Assembly (NCBI GenBank): GCA_951406725.2
Contig: OX597830.1
Coordinates: forward strand, 70,618,001 to 70,682,000
Length of the DNA: 64,000 nt
Reading direction: 5' to 3'
Source: Octopus vulgaris
Lineage: Eukaryota
Every line of letters begins with the position of its first letter. Within the stretch, counting starts at the first letter, position 1. The notes under the pieces were generated by a model that was given only the letters and a program-made list of their open reading frames with translations, had not been told where the DNA came from and ran no database searches. The position numbers and the translations under genes were made by a program. Below, piece by piece: positions 27,926 through 42,258 of this stretch.

Positions 27926-28017
27926 AATAAGTAAATAATTATTGTATGGAAGGCATATTTCCTTATTTTACCCATGGTTACAAAAGCTTACCTCTAAAGA
28001 TACCTATCATATGACAA

Positions 28018-28338
28018 GTGGAGGCGCAATGGCCCAGTGGTAAGGACAGCGGACTCACGGTCGGAGGATCGCAGTTTCGATTCCCAGACCGGGCGTTGTT
28101 TGTGTTTATTGAGCGAAAACACCTAAAGCTCCATGAGGCTCCGGCAGGGGGTAGTGGCGACCCCTGTTGTTCACTTTCGCCCTAACTTTCTCTTGTTCTT
28201 TCTTCCTCTTTCTTGAGTAACGCTGCGATGGACTGACGTCCTGTCCAGCTGGGAGGAACACATACGCCATAGAAACCGGGAAACCGCGCCCATGAGCCTC
28301 GCTAGGCTTGAAAAGGGCGCATAAATAATAAAAAAGAA
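28018..28338 (+). mobile_element. SINE family C with tail type iii; TSD CATATGACAAGT
   Basis: A/B boxes; TSD at 28008-28019 and 28339-28350. Confidence 0.9.
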
Positions 28339-28392
28339 CATATGACAAGTATGTGTATATTTATGTTTATATACACAAACACACACGCGCGA

Positions 28393-28444
<52 letters not shown>

Positions 28445-28734
28445 ATATATTGGTTCGAAAGAAAGTCCTGTGGCATTTCTAATATGATCCCGTTTAGGAT
28501 GCTTTTTCAATACTTAAGCATTTATTTTTACATTCTGATATGCTTCTTTCTTCTCTGCAGATTAATTTATACCATAGTAGTAAAATTCGTATCGATTTTT
28601 ACCCTTTTAAAACGAGTTGAGATCAAACTCTTATCAGACATTGCATGCTGAGTGAATTCAAGGTGTTTTTTCTAGTAAAAGTCACGGCAACAAATATTCA
28701 TTCTATGGAAATGAAGCTTTAAGTGCCTTTTATA

Positions 28735-29022
28735 TATCTTTTATTATTTTACTCATTCCAGGCATTAGATTGCGGCCATGTAAAACTTTTAGTCGAGTGA
28801 ATCGACTATCTTTCTTAAAGCCTGGTACTTAATCTATCGATATCTTTGCTGAACCGCTAAGTTACGGGTACGTAAACACACTAGCACCAGCACCAAATGT
28901 CGAGCAGTGGGGGGGGGGGGAAACAAACACAGACACAAACACATACATACACACGCACACACATACACACACACACACACGTCTGTGTGTGTGTATAGCC
29001 CGAGACTAGAATAAAAGACACT
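28735..29022 (-). mobile_element. SINE family A 3' part, truncated at the SINE array
   Basis: TGCGGCCATG..GAACCGCTAAGTTACGGG..AGACACT. Confidence 0.75.
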
Positions 29023-30340
29023 AAGGCGGCGAACTGGCAGAAACGTTAGCACGCCGGGCGAAATGCTTTGTGGTATTTCGTCTGCCGCTACGTTTTCAGT
29101 TCAAATTCCGCCGAGGTCGACTTTGCCTTTCATTCTTTCGGCGTCGATTAAATAAGTACCAGTTACGCACTGGTTTTGATATAATCGACATAATCCGTTT
29201 GTCTGTCCTTGTTTGTCCTCTCTGTGTTTAGCCACTTGTGGGTAGTAAAGAAATAGGTATTTCGTCTATCTTTACGTTCTGAGTTCAAATTTCGCCGAGG
29301 TCGACTTTGCTTTGCATCCTATCGGGTCGATAAATTAAGTACCATTTGAGTACTGGGGTCGATCTAATTGACTGGACCCCTTCCCCCAAAATTTCGAGTA
29401 GAAAAGTATCATTTAGAGTAGAAAAGTATCATTTAGAAGTATTAAGGCGGCAAGCTAGCAAAATCGTTAGCACGCTGGACGAAATACTTAACGGTATTTC
29501 GCCCCTCGCTACGTTCTGAGTTCAGATTCCACTGAGGTCGACTTTACTTTAAATCCTTTCGGGGTTGATAAATTAAGTACCAGTGAGTCATCGGGGTCTA
29601 TGTATTCGACTTGTCCCCTTCCACCAAACTTCAGGTTTTTTGTGTTTTTTAACAGAAATGATTATTTAGAAGTATTAAGGTGGCAGAATGGTTAGTGTGT
29701 TGGATAAAATGTTTAGCAGCATTTCTTCCGCTATACATTTTGAGTTCGAATACTGCCGAGATCAACTTTACCTTTCATTCTTTCGCGGTCGATAAAAAGA
29801 TCACCGGTCGAGCACTGGGATCAATGTAATCGATTAACTCCCTCTCTTAAAATATTGACCTTTTGCCTAAAATAGAAAGAATTATTTTAAATTATCAGAG
29901 CGGCGACGTGGCAGAATCGTTAGCACGTCAGGCAAATTTCTTAGCAGTATTTCTTTAGACTCTTTACGTTTGGAGTTCAGATGCTACCGAGGTCAACTTT
30001 GCCTTTCATACTCTGGTACTTGAGAAAATAAATTACAACTCAAGAACTAGGGTCGGTGTAATAGACCACCCTATCACCAAACGCTGATTTTGTAACAAAA
30101 TTTGAAATAACTATTTAAATGTACTCGGGCTAAGAGATGGCAGAATGGTTAGACATTTGGAGAAAATGCGCTGTAGTATTTCTTCGGGACTTTTACGTTC
30201 GGAGTTCAAATTTTGCCAAGATCAACTTTACCTTTCATCCCTCCGTGGTTTTAAAATAAAACACCAGTCGATTGTATAGACTCGGCCCTCCCCGAAAAGC
30301 AAACTTACAGACATTGTGCTTAAATAACAAATCATAATTG
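29023..30340 (+). mobile_element. Head-to-tail array of five family B SINEs (the first is dimeric)
   Basis: Heads at about 29023, 29444, 29677, 29897, 30127, each followed by GAGTTC..TTT(G/A)C(C/T)TTT. Confidence 0.9.
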
Positions 30341-31020
30341 GAAAATATTCTTATTAAGAGTTGGTATAGACGTGTGGTTTAGAACCTTGCTTTTCAAGCA
30401 AATGGTCTCGAGTTCGGTCTCATTGCGCGGCATCTCCGGCAGTTATCTTCAGTAATAGCCATACGTCAACCAGCCGTACATTGAAATTAGCACAATGAAC
30501 TGTGTGGAATCCTGTACGTGTTGAACAAAACTGGGGTGTCGAACAAAAATACTTTACGGTATATAATTCCGCACAAAACGAGATCCTAAGACACAATATT
30601 AGACAAAATGTCTGCATTGATATAATCACAAGAAAAGAAAAATGGAAAGAAAGAAAGAAAGAGAACATTCGCAAAATTAGTACTCCAGCAGGGCCGCAGT
30701 CGAATTACTGACACCGGACAAAGAGTAAAAAAATTTAATTTTTAACCCGAAATTCGTTCAGTCATTATCATGCCTCTTTTATAAGAGGAAGTATATTTTA
30801 ATTCTATACGAAACTAATCGTTGGAAAAGTTTAGATAGAGGAAGAAAGAGCTAGCTAAAAAATAACTACAAAATAGAAGCAACAACATAAATAAATCAAT
30901 CACATTCACAACAGCAGCAATAACAACAATAATATATTTTTAATTAGTGGGAAAACAAAAGCATACCAACGAAAATTTCTCAGCTCTTATCACCCCCATC
31001 CTTTTCTGTAAGTGAATACG

Positions 31021-31084
<64 letters not shown>

Positions 31085-31119
31085 CATGTATCTCTCTCTC
31101 GCTCCCACTCTCTCTCTCA

Positions 31120-31150
<31 letters not shown>

Positions 31151-31193
31151 CACACATATATGTGTGTCTATATGAATATATGTATGTATTAAT

Positions 31194-31258
<65 letters not shown>

Positions 31259-31325
31259 TATCTGTATGTGAGTATGTATGCATGTGTATTTATATATGCG
31301 TATGTGAATGTGAATGTATGTGTGT

Positions 31326-31368
<43 letters not shown>

Positions 31369-31974
31369 TCCTCGTATGTCATGGAAGCCATGTTTAATGG
31401 AAAGCTGAAAGACCTCATCAAATCGGTGGCATTTCTAAAAACAAAAAGAAAATAATGTTCGTGTTTTTCTCGAGCAACACTCAAATAAATCACAGAATAA
31501 TTTGTGTGCTTCATTTTCCTGTGTTTTTTTTTTTCTTTTCTCTTTTCTTTTCTTTTCTTTTCTTTCAAAAGAGATGATTTTGTTTGTGTAAGGTGAATTT
31601 ACTCCTGGGCAATGATTTAACCTTTCAAGGAATAATAAATCTACGAAAACAAGAAAAAGAAAAAAAAAAAAAGAAAAAGAAAAAGGAAAGCAAAAGCAGA
31701 AATATGAGAGAAAAAATGTCGAAATAAAGAGGCAAAATCGAACCGCTTCCGTCAACAAACCTTTTCCTGTTGCGAGAAAATGAGCTTATCCTTCACGTTG
31801 TTGCTCAACCTGTTAGACATTACTTAAATCACACGTGACACTGTCTTAAAAAATATATTTATAAAAAAATACAGAGGGTATGTTGAATAACGTAGTCTTA
31901 AATATACTATGGTTATAAAACGCGCGCGCGTACACACATATTCACATACACATACGTAAAAGGAAAAAAAAATG

Positions 31975-32475
31975 TCAAAATTCTTCCTACTATAGAGAGA
32001 TGCCTGGAATTTTTTGGGGGGAGGAGCTAGTCAGTCATATCGACCCCAATAATTAACTGGTACTTATTTTATCGATTCCCGAAAGGATGAATGACAAATT
32101 CGAAATTTAAACTCAGAATGTAAAAGCGGACCGTCGTTCCAACGATTCAACTAGATCGCATCCTTAACAACAACAAAAACAACAACGACAACAACAATAA
32201 CAACAACAACAACGACGACGACAACAACAACAACTGCAACAATAGCAATAATAATTTCCCCTGAAAGCACAAGGCCTGGAATTTTGGGGAAGGAGACACT
32301 GGTAGATTACATCTACCCAGGTGTTTCACTGGTACTTATTTTATCGAACCCGAACTGATGAAAGGCAAACTCGACATCAGTGGCATTTGAACTCAGAACG
32401 TGAAGGTAAACGAAATACGGCTGAGCATTTTGCAGGGCGAAATGCTTAGTGGTATTCCGCCAGCTCACTGCCTTA
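31975..32475 (-). mobile_element. Two diverged family B SINEs in the same orientation
   Basis: CTGGTACTTATTTTATCGA..GATGAA..AACTCAGAA occurs twice. Confidence 0.75.
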
Positions 32476-32477
32476 AC

Positions 32478-33222
<745 letters not shown>

Positions 33223-33224
33223 AT

Positions 33225-33390
33225 ACTTCTGCTCGTGGGGGACCGTTAATGTCAAGCAATTGACAAGCAAATCTGTGGTATGTGGCAGAATATTTGCTAT
33301 ACCAAGACAAAACAATGTACATGCTAACACTTCCAAGCAGTTAAGCTCACAAGTCATGATAGCGACTGTTTGGTACTGCATCAGGGTATT
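33225..33390 (-). repeat. Fragment of an (AAT)-flanked dispersed repeat; same family as 34545-35097
   Basis: Reverse-complement similarity (TGACAAGCAAATCTG..GCAGAATATTTGCT..ACAATGTACATG). Confidence 0.75.
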
Positions 33391-33553
33391 TATTATTATT
33401 ATTGTTGTTATTGTTGTTGTTGCTGTTGTTTAAAATTTTCGTTACAAGGGCAGCTTGGGGGAGTGGGCATGAGTCGATTACATCGACCCCATTGCGTGAA
33501 TGGTACTTATTTTATCGACCCCGAAAGGATGAAAGGCAAAGTCGACTTCGGCG

Positions 33554-33595
<42 letters not shown>

Positions 33596-33606
33596 TGATG
33601 ATAATG

Positions 33607-33731
<125 letters not shown>

Positions 33732-33739
33732 CTTAAAGC

Positions 33740-34236
33740 AATAAAGCATGTTTATTGATTGATATGAGCATACCCTGCGACCATAATATCTCAGCAAAAG
33801 AATTTGATATGCTCAGAAAATATAAGAAAGATTTGCTAATGAAAATCGAAAAGATGTGGTTTCTCAAGCCGGTTACAATACGAGTGATTGTAGGAGAACT
33901 TGGAATGATAAAAAAAGGAACTTAAAATTATTTAAGAATGATCCCATGCAGGAAGTGCAAGAGATTGTCTTAACTGGTACGTCACATGTATTGAGAAGAG
34001 CATTGCGGCTGTAAATTTTCTTACCTTCCCCCACCCTTCAATTGTTTAATTTTCTATTTTTTTATTTTCTCCTTTTTCTCTCTGTCTTTTTCCCTTTTCT
34101 ATGTCACATGACTCTGTAAATGAACAATCTGATGTGCTTGTTTTAATGGCCTACCAATGTATACAGTACGTTTCTCTGCCCTAGATGTCAGGAAGACTTG
34201 GCAAGAAATAGAAACAATTGAAAGATGCTAAGGAAA
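33740..34236 (+). mobile_element. R4/Dong-clade LINE 3' end and UTR ending in a long (AAT)n
   Basis: CLLIDMSIPCDHNISAKE..IEKMW..VIVGELGMIKKG..VQEIVLTGTSHVLRRAL. Confidence 0.85.
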
Positions 34237-34278
34237 ATAATAATAATAATAATAATAATGATGATGATGATGATGATG

Positions 34279-34544
<266 letters not shown>

Positions 34545-35097
34545 AGATGCCATGATGCAGTAACAGGGAGTGGTTCGCATGGCTTTTGATCTTAAATGAT
34601 CGGAAGTTTTATCATGTACATTGTTTTTTCTTGGTATAAAAGATGGGCTACAGCAAATATTCTGCTCAATACCTCAGATTTGCTTGTCAGTTGCTTACCA
34701 TAACCAGTTGACCATGTCCCTTAGTGGCTGACGATGTGTGTATCTCTGATCACGAACAGAAGTAGCATCGTAATCATGAGTTGAGAGGGATTCTCTGGGG
34801 TTTAAGTAATTAACACCCGGAAAAATAGGTGTTTCGTTCATCATTCTTAAAAAACCCTTTATTCAGTGATCTTCTGAGCTGGATGGGCTACTTGACCGGA
34901 AGAAAATTCTAACTGGGCCCCACCTGCAAGACCATGCACTGTTTATCTTCATATGAAATCACCATGTCGCACACATATTGTTGTGATGTGTGCGACTGGT
35001 GCACTCTTATCAGACTGGTAGTCACGGTGGGTATATTTGGCTTAGGATATTTGTACCCCACCGTCAGTTTGATGGCATGTGCTGCTCCTGCCCTCAA
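34545..35097 (+). repeat. Unclassified dispersed repeat flanked by AAT repeats
   Basis: Second partial copy at 33225-33390; no ORF. Confidence 0.6.
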
Positions 35098-35523
35098 CAA
35101 TGATAAATAAATAAATGAATAAAAATGTGAAGGAAAAGACGAGAGACAGTTATGTTTTGAACGCTTTTGAGAACAGAACCGGTTCAGCATTCATGACCTC
35201 GCTGTTAAACAACAAACATGTTTACAAAAACGGTGAATAGGAAATAACAAATATAAAATTTACATCCGTCAACAACATTGTTTTGAGAAGCTTAGGAGAG
35301 ACCATCTACGTGGTCACATGAATCTCTGAGAAATAGCAACCTAATCTTCCTCGAATCACACACTACTGTCTCGAAATAATTTTTGTTGCGTCCAAGTAGT
35401 ACTGGATTTATTCCTTTGAATCGAGGAAGAAGGCAGTAATCCGAAATGCTTTAAAATGAAAACGAGATAGTCACGTATTTGATCATGTGTATACATACAT
35501 ACATACATGTATATATATGTATA

Positions 35524-35633
<110 letters not shown>

Positions 35634-36424
35634 CATATACATACGTACATGTACATATATATTTATCCACACATGCATATATACATATACACACATACAC
35701 ACATATGTGTGTACATGTGTTCACGCAAGCACATTTAAGCACACAAATCACACATATATACACATATATATACATGTTTGTGTGGATGTATGCTTGTTGA
35801 CACACACGTGTGCGCGCGTACGCTTAATTTCAGGGCTGACCAGGGACTAAACAACAAAAGCAACATAATAATAGCAACCAATATTATATTATAGTATATC
35901 ATATTATATTATATTATGTATTATAGTACAGTATATATTCAACATTTAGGGCGAATTAAACGGCTTTAAAGAAAGGAAAATAGAAAAACATTAAAGGAAA
36001 GAAAAAATATAAGGAAATAGACGAGAAACTAAAGAAAACATGGCGGCGAGGTAGAAACGCGCAAGTAAACATGGACAATATTTATGGAAGTGATAAACTT
36101 AGTCAGCAAAGCATCCATTTGTTTTGCCTGGCATTCTATTTAATAGCCCCCTTTGGCATGTTTTGACTTTAATAAGAAAATCGCCACCTCTCAGCGTAGC
36201 AAAATGATTGGCAGAGCAGCCTAAGTTGACTTTATCGTTGTTTATGAGCCACTAAAACACATTTTTACATGGCCAACTTTGCTCGCTGCCTTTCGGCTTG
36301 TCTTTCTTTTCCCGCTCTCTCTTTTTCTTCCTTTCTTTCTTTCTTTCTTTCTTTCTTTTTTCTCTCTTTCTTTCTTTCTTTCCTTCTTACTTTCTTTCTT
36401 TCTTTCTTTCTTACTTTCTTTCTG

Positions 36425-36508
<84 letters not shown>

Positions 36509-36704
36509 AAATGACGTTCTCGCAGATTAAAATATGTATGTGACTAAGGCGTGGATGCTTGTGGATTTTGCTTACGTGTGTGTGTGAGTGTGTGGGTAAG
36601 TGAATGTGTGAGTGAGTGTGTGTGTGTGTGAGTGTGAGTGAGTGCGTGAGTGTGTGTGTGAGTGAATGAGTGAGTAGGTGAGTGTGTGTGTGTATTTGTG
36701 TGTT

Positions 36705-37048
36705 ATCTTTCACTTGTTTTACTCATTAAACTGCGACCATGCAGTTTAATGACTGAAGAATAATTTTTAGTCGAATGAACCGACTCCAGTACTTATTGTT
36801 TTAAAGCCTGGAACTTATTCTGTCAGTGTCTTTTGCCGAACTGCTAAGTTACGTGGAAGTAACAACACCAACACCAGTTTTCAGGCAGTGGTGGAAACAA
36901 ACAGACACAGATACACACCCACACTCGCAAAGCTTTTGTCGGCCCGATGCTATAGCAGAAGACACTTGCCCAAGTTGCCACGCAGTGGAACTGAACCCGG
37001 AACCATGCGGTTGGTAAACCAGCTACTTACCACACAGTCACACCTGTG
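36705..37048 (-). mobile_element. SINE family A
   Basis: GACACTTGCCCAAG..CTGAACCCGGAACCATG..CTTACCACACAG. Confidence 0.85.
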
Positions 37049-37049
37049 C

Positions 37050-37107
<58 letters not shown>

Positions 37108-37195
37108 GTCCGTCTGTCTATCTATCTGTCTGTGTGTCTGTCTGTCTATACAAACATACATATATATATACATATGTACATACCTACATATATAC

Positions 37196-37244
<49 letters not shown>

Positions 37245-38150
37245 TAAATACATGCATGCATACATATCTTTAACATACTTCAGTCACTGGACGGCAGCCA
37301 TCTTGGGGAACCAGCCATGACCATCCTGTTCATTTTTTAAAAACATATATAGAACACCATCTAATGTTTCTGGTCACAATATAAGATATGATGTTAGCCG
37401 AGAGAGGTCTGGCTGCTATTTCTAGTAGATCTGACTTAAGGCCAAATAACACTGACACAGCTAACACCACCACCACCACCGCCACCACCACCACCGCCAC
37501 CACCACCACCACCACCACTACTACCAACAACAACAACAACAAAAGCAACAATAACAAAAGCAACAACATCAATAACAACGACTACAACAGTTTGCAAATA
37601 TAGTAAATGCAGGGTGCTGTGTTTTTGTAGCGCTTTAGTTGTGTAATTGTGGTTCTTCTAGGGGGCGGTATTTGTATTGTGTTAAAGTGTTGTGTGTTGA
37701 TTACATATTTTTAGGTATGTTGGTGTAGGTGTCATTGTTTGATAATAAGTCCAAAGTTAGCGCTCAACAGATAAGTCTAGGATGAAATACGTTCCACTTT
37801 CAACAATCCTGCTTTTAAAACTGAGAAACTAATATAACAGATTTTTAAAGAAAATCATTTGTTTACACAAGGATTATACCCCAAAAATACTGGATTTTTA
37901 AAGCAGCGCTCCAACCAGTCTGCCCAGCAAGGTTCCGCCTGCAGTAGTGTGTATATGTTACATTGGCTTTCAGGTAGTCATTGATTTACACCTGCTAGAA
38001 TAAATGCATATTTATCGTGCTTGTTGATTTGACACAATTCGGGAAATGATAGATTTGTAAAAGCAACGTGTCTGTGAGAAATTCTTAAAATTGAGATGTT
38101 ACAAGTTTGAGGATTGCGCGGGGCGGTACCTAATTTTAAGACTTGTACTA

Positions 38151-38395
38151 GTGGAGGCGCAATGGCCCAGTGGTTAGGGTAGCGGGACTCGCGGTCGTAG
38201 GATCGCTGTTTCGATTCCCAGACCGGGCGTCGTGAGTGTTTATTGAGCGAAAACACCTAAAGCTCCACGAGGCTCCGGCAGGGGGTTGTGGCAATCCCTG
38301 CTGTACTCTTTCGCCACAATTTTCTCTCACCCTTTCTTCTGTTGGCCTTCTCGCTTAGCCAACAGGATGGCGTCATCTGAAGCGCACTGTGAAAT
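38151..38395 (+). mobile_element. SINE family C with tail type ii
   Basis: Family C head + TTCTGTTGGCC..GCTTAGCCA. Confidence 0.85.
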
Positions 38396-38510
38396 CCAAA
38401 GTCAACCTCGACGGAAATTGACCTCAAAACATAAAGACAGACGAAATGCCACTTAGCATTTGGGCCTGCGTGCTAACGATTCTGCTAGCTCACTATGTTG
38501 AGTCTAGGAA

Positions 38511-38907
38511 AGGCGGCGAGCTGGCAGAAACGTTAGCACGCCGGGCGAAATGCTTAGCGGTATTTCGTCTGCGGTTACGTTCTGAGTTCAAATTCCGCCG
38601 AGGTCAACTTTGCCTTTCATCCTTTCAGGGTCGATTAAATAAGTACCAATTACGTATTGGGGTCGATGTAATCGACTTAATCCGTTTGTCTGTCCTTCTT
38701 TGTACTCTCTGTGTTTAGCCCCTTGTGGGTAGTAAAGAAATAGGTATTTCGTCTGCGGTTACGTTCTGAGTTCAAATTCCGCCGAGGTCAACTTTGCTTT
38801 TCATCCTTACGGTGTCGATAAATTAAGTACCTGTTACGCACTTAATCCGTTTCTCTGTCCTTGTTTGTCCCTTCTGTGTATAGCCCCTTGTGAGTAGTAA
38901 AGAAATA
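38511..38907 (+). mobile_element. Dimeric family B SINE with a 17-bp TSD
   Basis: TSD TATGTTGA(G/A)TCTAGGAA at 38494-38510 and 38908-38924; second unit restarts at 38743. Confidence 0.92.
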
Positions 38908-39015
38908 TATGTTGAATCTAGGAAGTAATAATAACATTAGTCAAAAATAACAGGGTATCTAATTTGACTAATGAGCCAAGTTTCAGTTCACCTGACACTT
39001 ATCCTAATCAGGTCA

Positions 39016-39050
<35 letters not shown>

Positions 39051-39303
39051 GACATATTTATATATTATATTTTATTCTTTTATTCTCTTACTTATTTCCG
39101 TCGTTTGACTGCGGAATTTCTTGTCAACGGGCAGTTTAGCTTAATTAGTAGAGTGCTCGGCCGGTATCAAAGAGTTGCGGGTTCGAGTGATGTAGCTGTC
39201 AGCTCAGCTGATCACCATTTTCGTCATATAAGAGTAGAACACCCAATCTTTCTGCTGTTTTCACGGCTATACTGCGTTCGATATATTACTTTCTTATCTG
39301 TAT

Positions 39304-39703
39304 AGGCGCAGGAGTAGCTGTGTGGTAAGTAGCTTGCTTACCAACCACATGGTTCCGGGTTCAGTCCCACTGCGTGGCACCTTGAGCAAGTGTCTTCTAC
39401 TATAGCCTCGAACCGACCAAAGCCTTGTCAGTGGATTTGGTAGACGGAAACTGAAAGAAGCCCGTCGTATATATGTATATGTATATATATACGTGTGTGT
39501 TTGTGTGTCTGTGTTTTTCCCCTCCAACATCGCTTGACAACCGACGTTGGTGTGTTTACGTCCCCGTAACTTAGCGGTTCGGCAAAAGAGACCGATAGAA
39601 TAATTACTGGGCTTACAAAGAATAAGTCCTGGGGTCGATTTGCTCGACTAAAAGTGGTGCTCCAGCATGGCCGCATCAAATGACTGAAAAAAATAAAGAG
39701 AGA
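39304..39703 (+). mobile_element. SINE family A, full length
   Basis: AGGCGCAGGAGTAGCTGTGTGG (A box), GGTTCAGTCCC (B box), CORE-like CCTTGAGCAAGT, internal TA/TG tract. Confidence 0.92.
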
Positions 39704-39962
39704 ATATGATACGATACACATTCAACACTTCCAAAAACAAAAAATACACCCATAGATACCTTATATTGATATAATATTTGTATGCGTATATTCATATGTA
39801 TATTGGTAAGTTTAGTACGATCTATATGCTTTAAATTTTTCTCTATTCTATGATGACTGGTGAAGCTTGTACATCAATATGTTTGTGTTAACTTTCTCGA
39901 TCTCTGTAGAATCTTGTCGATCAAATATTGATCACTTAATATGCATGATTACTACATCTCAG

Positions 39963-40517
39963 GGGAGGCGCAATGGCGCAGTGGTTAGGGCAGCAGACTC
40001 ACGGTCGTATATTCGCGGCGAGCTGGCAGAAACGTTAGCATGCCGGGCGAAATGAGTAGCCGTATTTCGTCTGCCGTTACGTTCTGAGTTCAAATTCCGC
40101 CGAGGTCGACTTTGCCTTTCATCTTTTCGGGGTCGATTAATTAAGTACCAGTTATGCATTGGGGTCGATGTAATCGACTTAATCCGTTTGTCTGTCCTTG
40201 TTTGTCCTCTCTGTGTTTAGCCCCTTGTAAAGGGTAGTAAAGAAATAGGCCGTAGATTCGCGGTTTAGATTTCCAAGCCGGGAGTTGTGAGTGTTTATTG
40301 AGCGAAAACACTTAAAGCTCCACGATGCTCCGTTGTACCTGTATTTCAAAGGGCCAACTTTGTCACACTCTGTATCACGCTGAATCTCCCCGAGAACTGC
40401 GTTAAGGGGATACGTGTCGGTGGAGTGCTCAGCCACTCGCACTTTAATTTCACAAGCATGCTGTTCCGTTGATCGTATCAACTGGAAACTATCGTCGTCG
40501 TAACCGACGGAGTGCCA
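39963..40517 (+). mobile_element. SINE family C (tail i) interrupted by a family B SINE (40016-40247)
   Basis: TSD GG(T/C)CGTA(T/G)ATTCGCGG at 40003-40018 and 40248-40263. Confidence 0.9.
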
Positions 40518-40894
40518 CTACATCGCAAAATTATGTAATACGAATGTGTCTAAAGCGTGCGTAAGCCGATAAAGGTATATAAATATTCATTCTTTTGCAA
40601 TTTTCTTTGTATTTTCATCTGTGACCTTTGTAAAACCAAAATTCATACATCTTTGGTGTCTGAACTTTGGCTTTACACCCTGGATAGACTGCGGAGTGTA
40701 AAGTTACGGACTACGTGCTTTACAATCACCTTCGGCAGTCAATTTCTTTTATCCATATTCGATCAATACACAATGCTTGCAGAATATGAACCAAGATTTT
40801 TTAAAATCCCTTCTTAATTTTAGCCATGCATACAACATTTGTGCGTGTGTGTGTGTGTGCATACATATATGCATATATATATATTATATACATG

Positions 40895-40969
<75 letters not shown>

Positions 40970-40973
<4 letters not shown>

Positions 40974-41268
40974 AACTGACCGGGCTATCAGATGTTGCTA
41001 CACATCGCTGCTCACAATGCACTTCGCATTGCTTTACCCTTCAAATGACGCCATCCCGCTGGCTAAGCGAGCTGGCCAACAGAAGAAAGAATGAGAGAAA
41101 GTTGCGGCGAAAGAGTACAGCAGGGGTCGCCACTACCCCCCTGCCGGAGCCTCGTGGAGTTTTAGATGTTTTCGCTCAATAAACACTCACAACGCCCGGT
41201 CTGGGAATCAAAACTGTGATCCTACGACCGCGAGACCGCTACCCTAACCACTGGGCCATTGCGCCTCC
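40970..41268 (-). mobile_element. SINE family C with tail ii
   Basis: Ends CCATTGCGCCTCCAC on the plus strand. Confidence 0.9.
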
Positions 41269-41276
41269 ACACACAC

Positions 41277-41310
<34 letters not shown>

Positions 41311-41726
41311 TTGTTGAGCGACAAACTAATAAATTACTAGTGCACGTCCTCTTGTATGTTAATTTTATTTTGTTATTTGCTTATTTGAATTGATTATCTA
41401 TTTGTATTGACTATATATATATGTGTGTGTGTGTACGTGTGTGTGTGTGTGTGAGTATGATATGGACTCTCCCGCCGAAGACGACGTATGAGCGTGTTCT
41501 GCTTTCCCCAAATGACTAGCACAAATGATTTGTTTATTGCGATCAAACGTTCGTGCAGCACATTTGCTCACTCTCTCCATCAAATCGACGTCGTCTGAAC
41601 TGGTGCAGGATTTACCACGCGTCAGGTGTCGAAAGTGATCGCCGAAAAACATGAAATGAAAAGTTTTGCGCAAGAACACAACACAACCAGGAAGACAAGC
41701 ACCCCCTTATATATATATATATAGGA

Positions 41727-42045
41727 GCACTCCGTCGGTTACGTCGACAAGTGTTCCAGCTGATACGATCAACGGAACGGCTTGCTCGTGAAATTAACGT
41801 GCAAGTGGCTGAGCACTCCAGAGACACGCGTACCCTTAACGCAGTTCTCAGGGAGATTCAGCGTGATACAAAGTGTGACAAGGCTGGCCCTTTGAAATAC
41901 AGGTAGTACTCCTTTTTGCCAGAAGAATGGAATGGAGCAACGTGAAATATGACTTGCTCAAGGACACAACGCGTCGCCGGGAATTGAACTAACGACCTTA
42001 CAATCGGGAGCCGAATGCCCTAACCATTAAGCTACGTGCCTTCAT
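41727..42045 (-). mobile_element. SINE with family D head and tail i
   Basis: TTGCTCAAGGACACAAC head region; GCACTCCGTCGGTTACG tail. Confidence 0.85.
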
Positions 42046-42211
42046 ATATACATATACATGTATTACTTAATACAGGTTTTGAAGGGTACAGGTGATTTTT
42101 AAAAAAATATTTAAAACAAAAATGTTATGAAATCTTTTGAAGATGTTACTAAACTTTTTGGGGAAGAAATCTTATCCTAGTGGGTGAGCGCTTTCGTTAA
42201 ACATATGTACT

Positions 42212-42257
<46 letters not shown>

Positions 42258-42258
<1 letters not shown>

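Noticed and set aside
35420-35452. GGAAGAAGG..CCGAAATG hammerhead-like text
   Set aside because: The core CU and the cleavage triplet are both absent; too degenerate.
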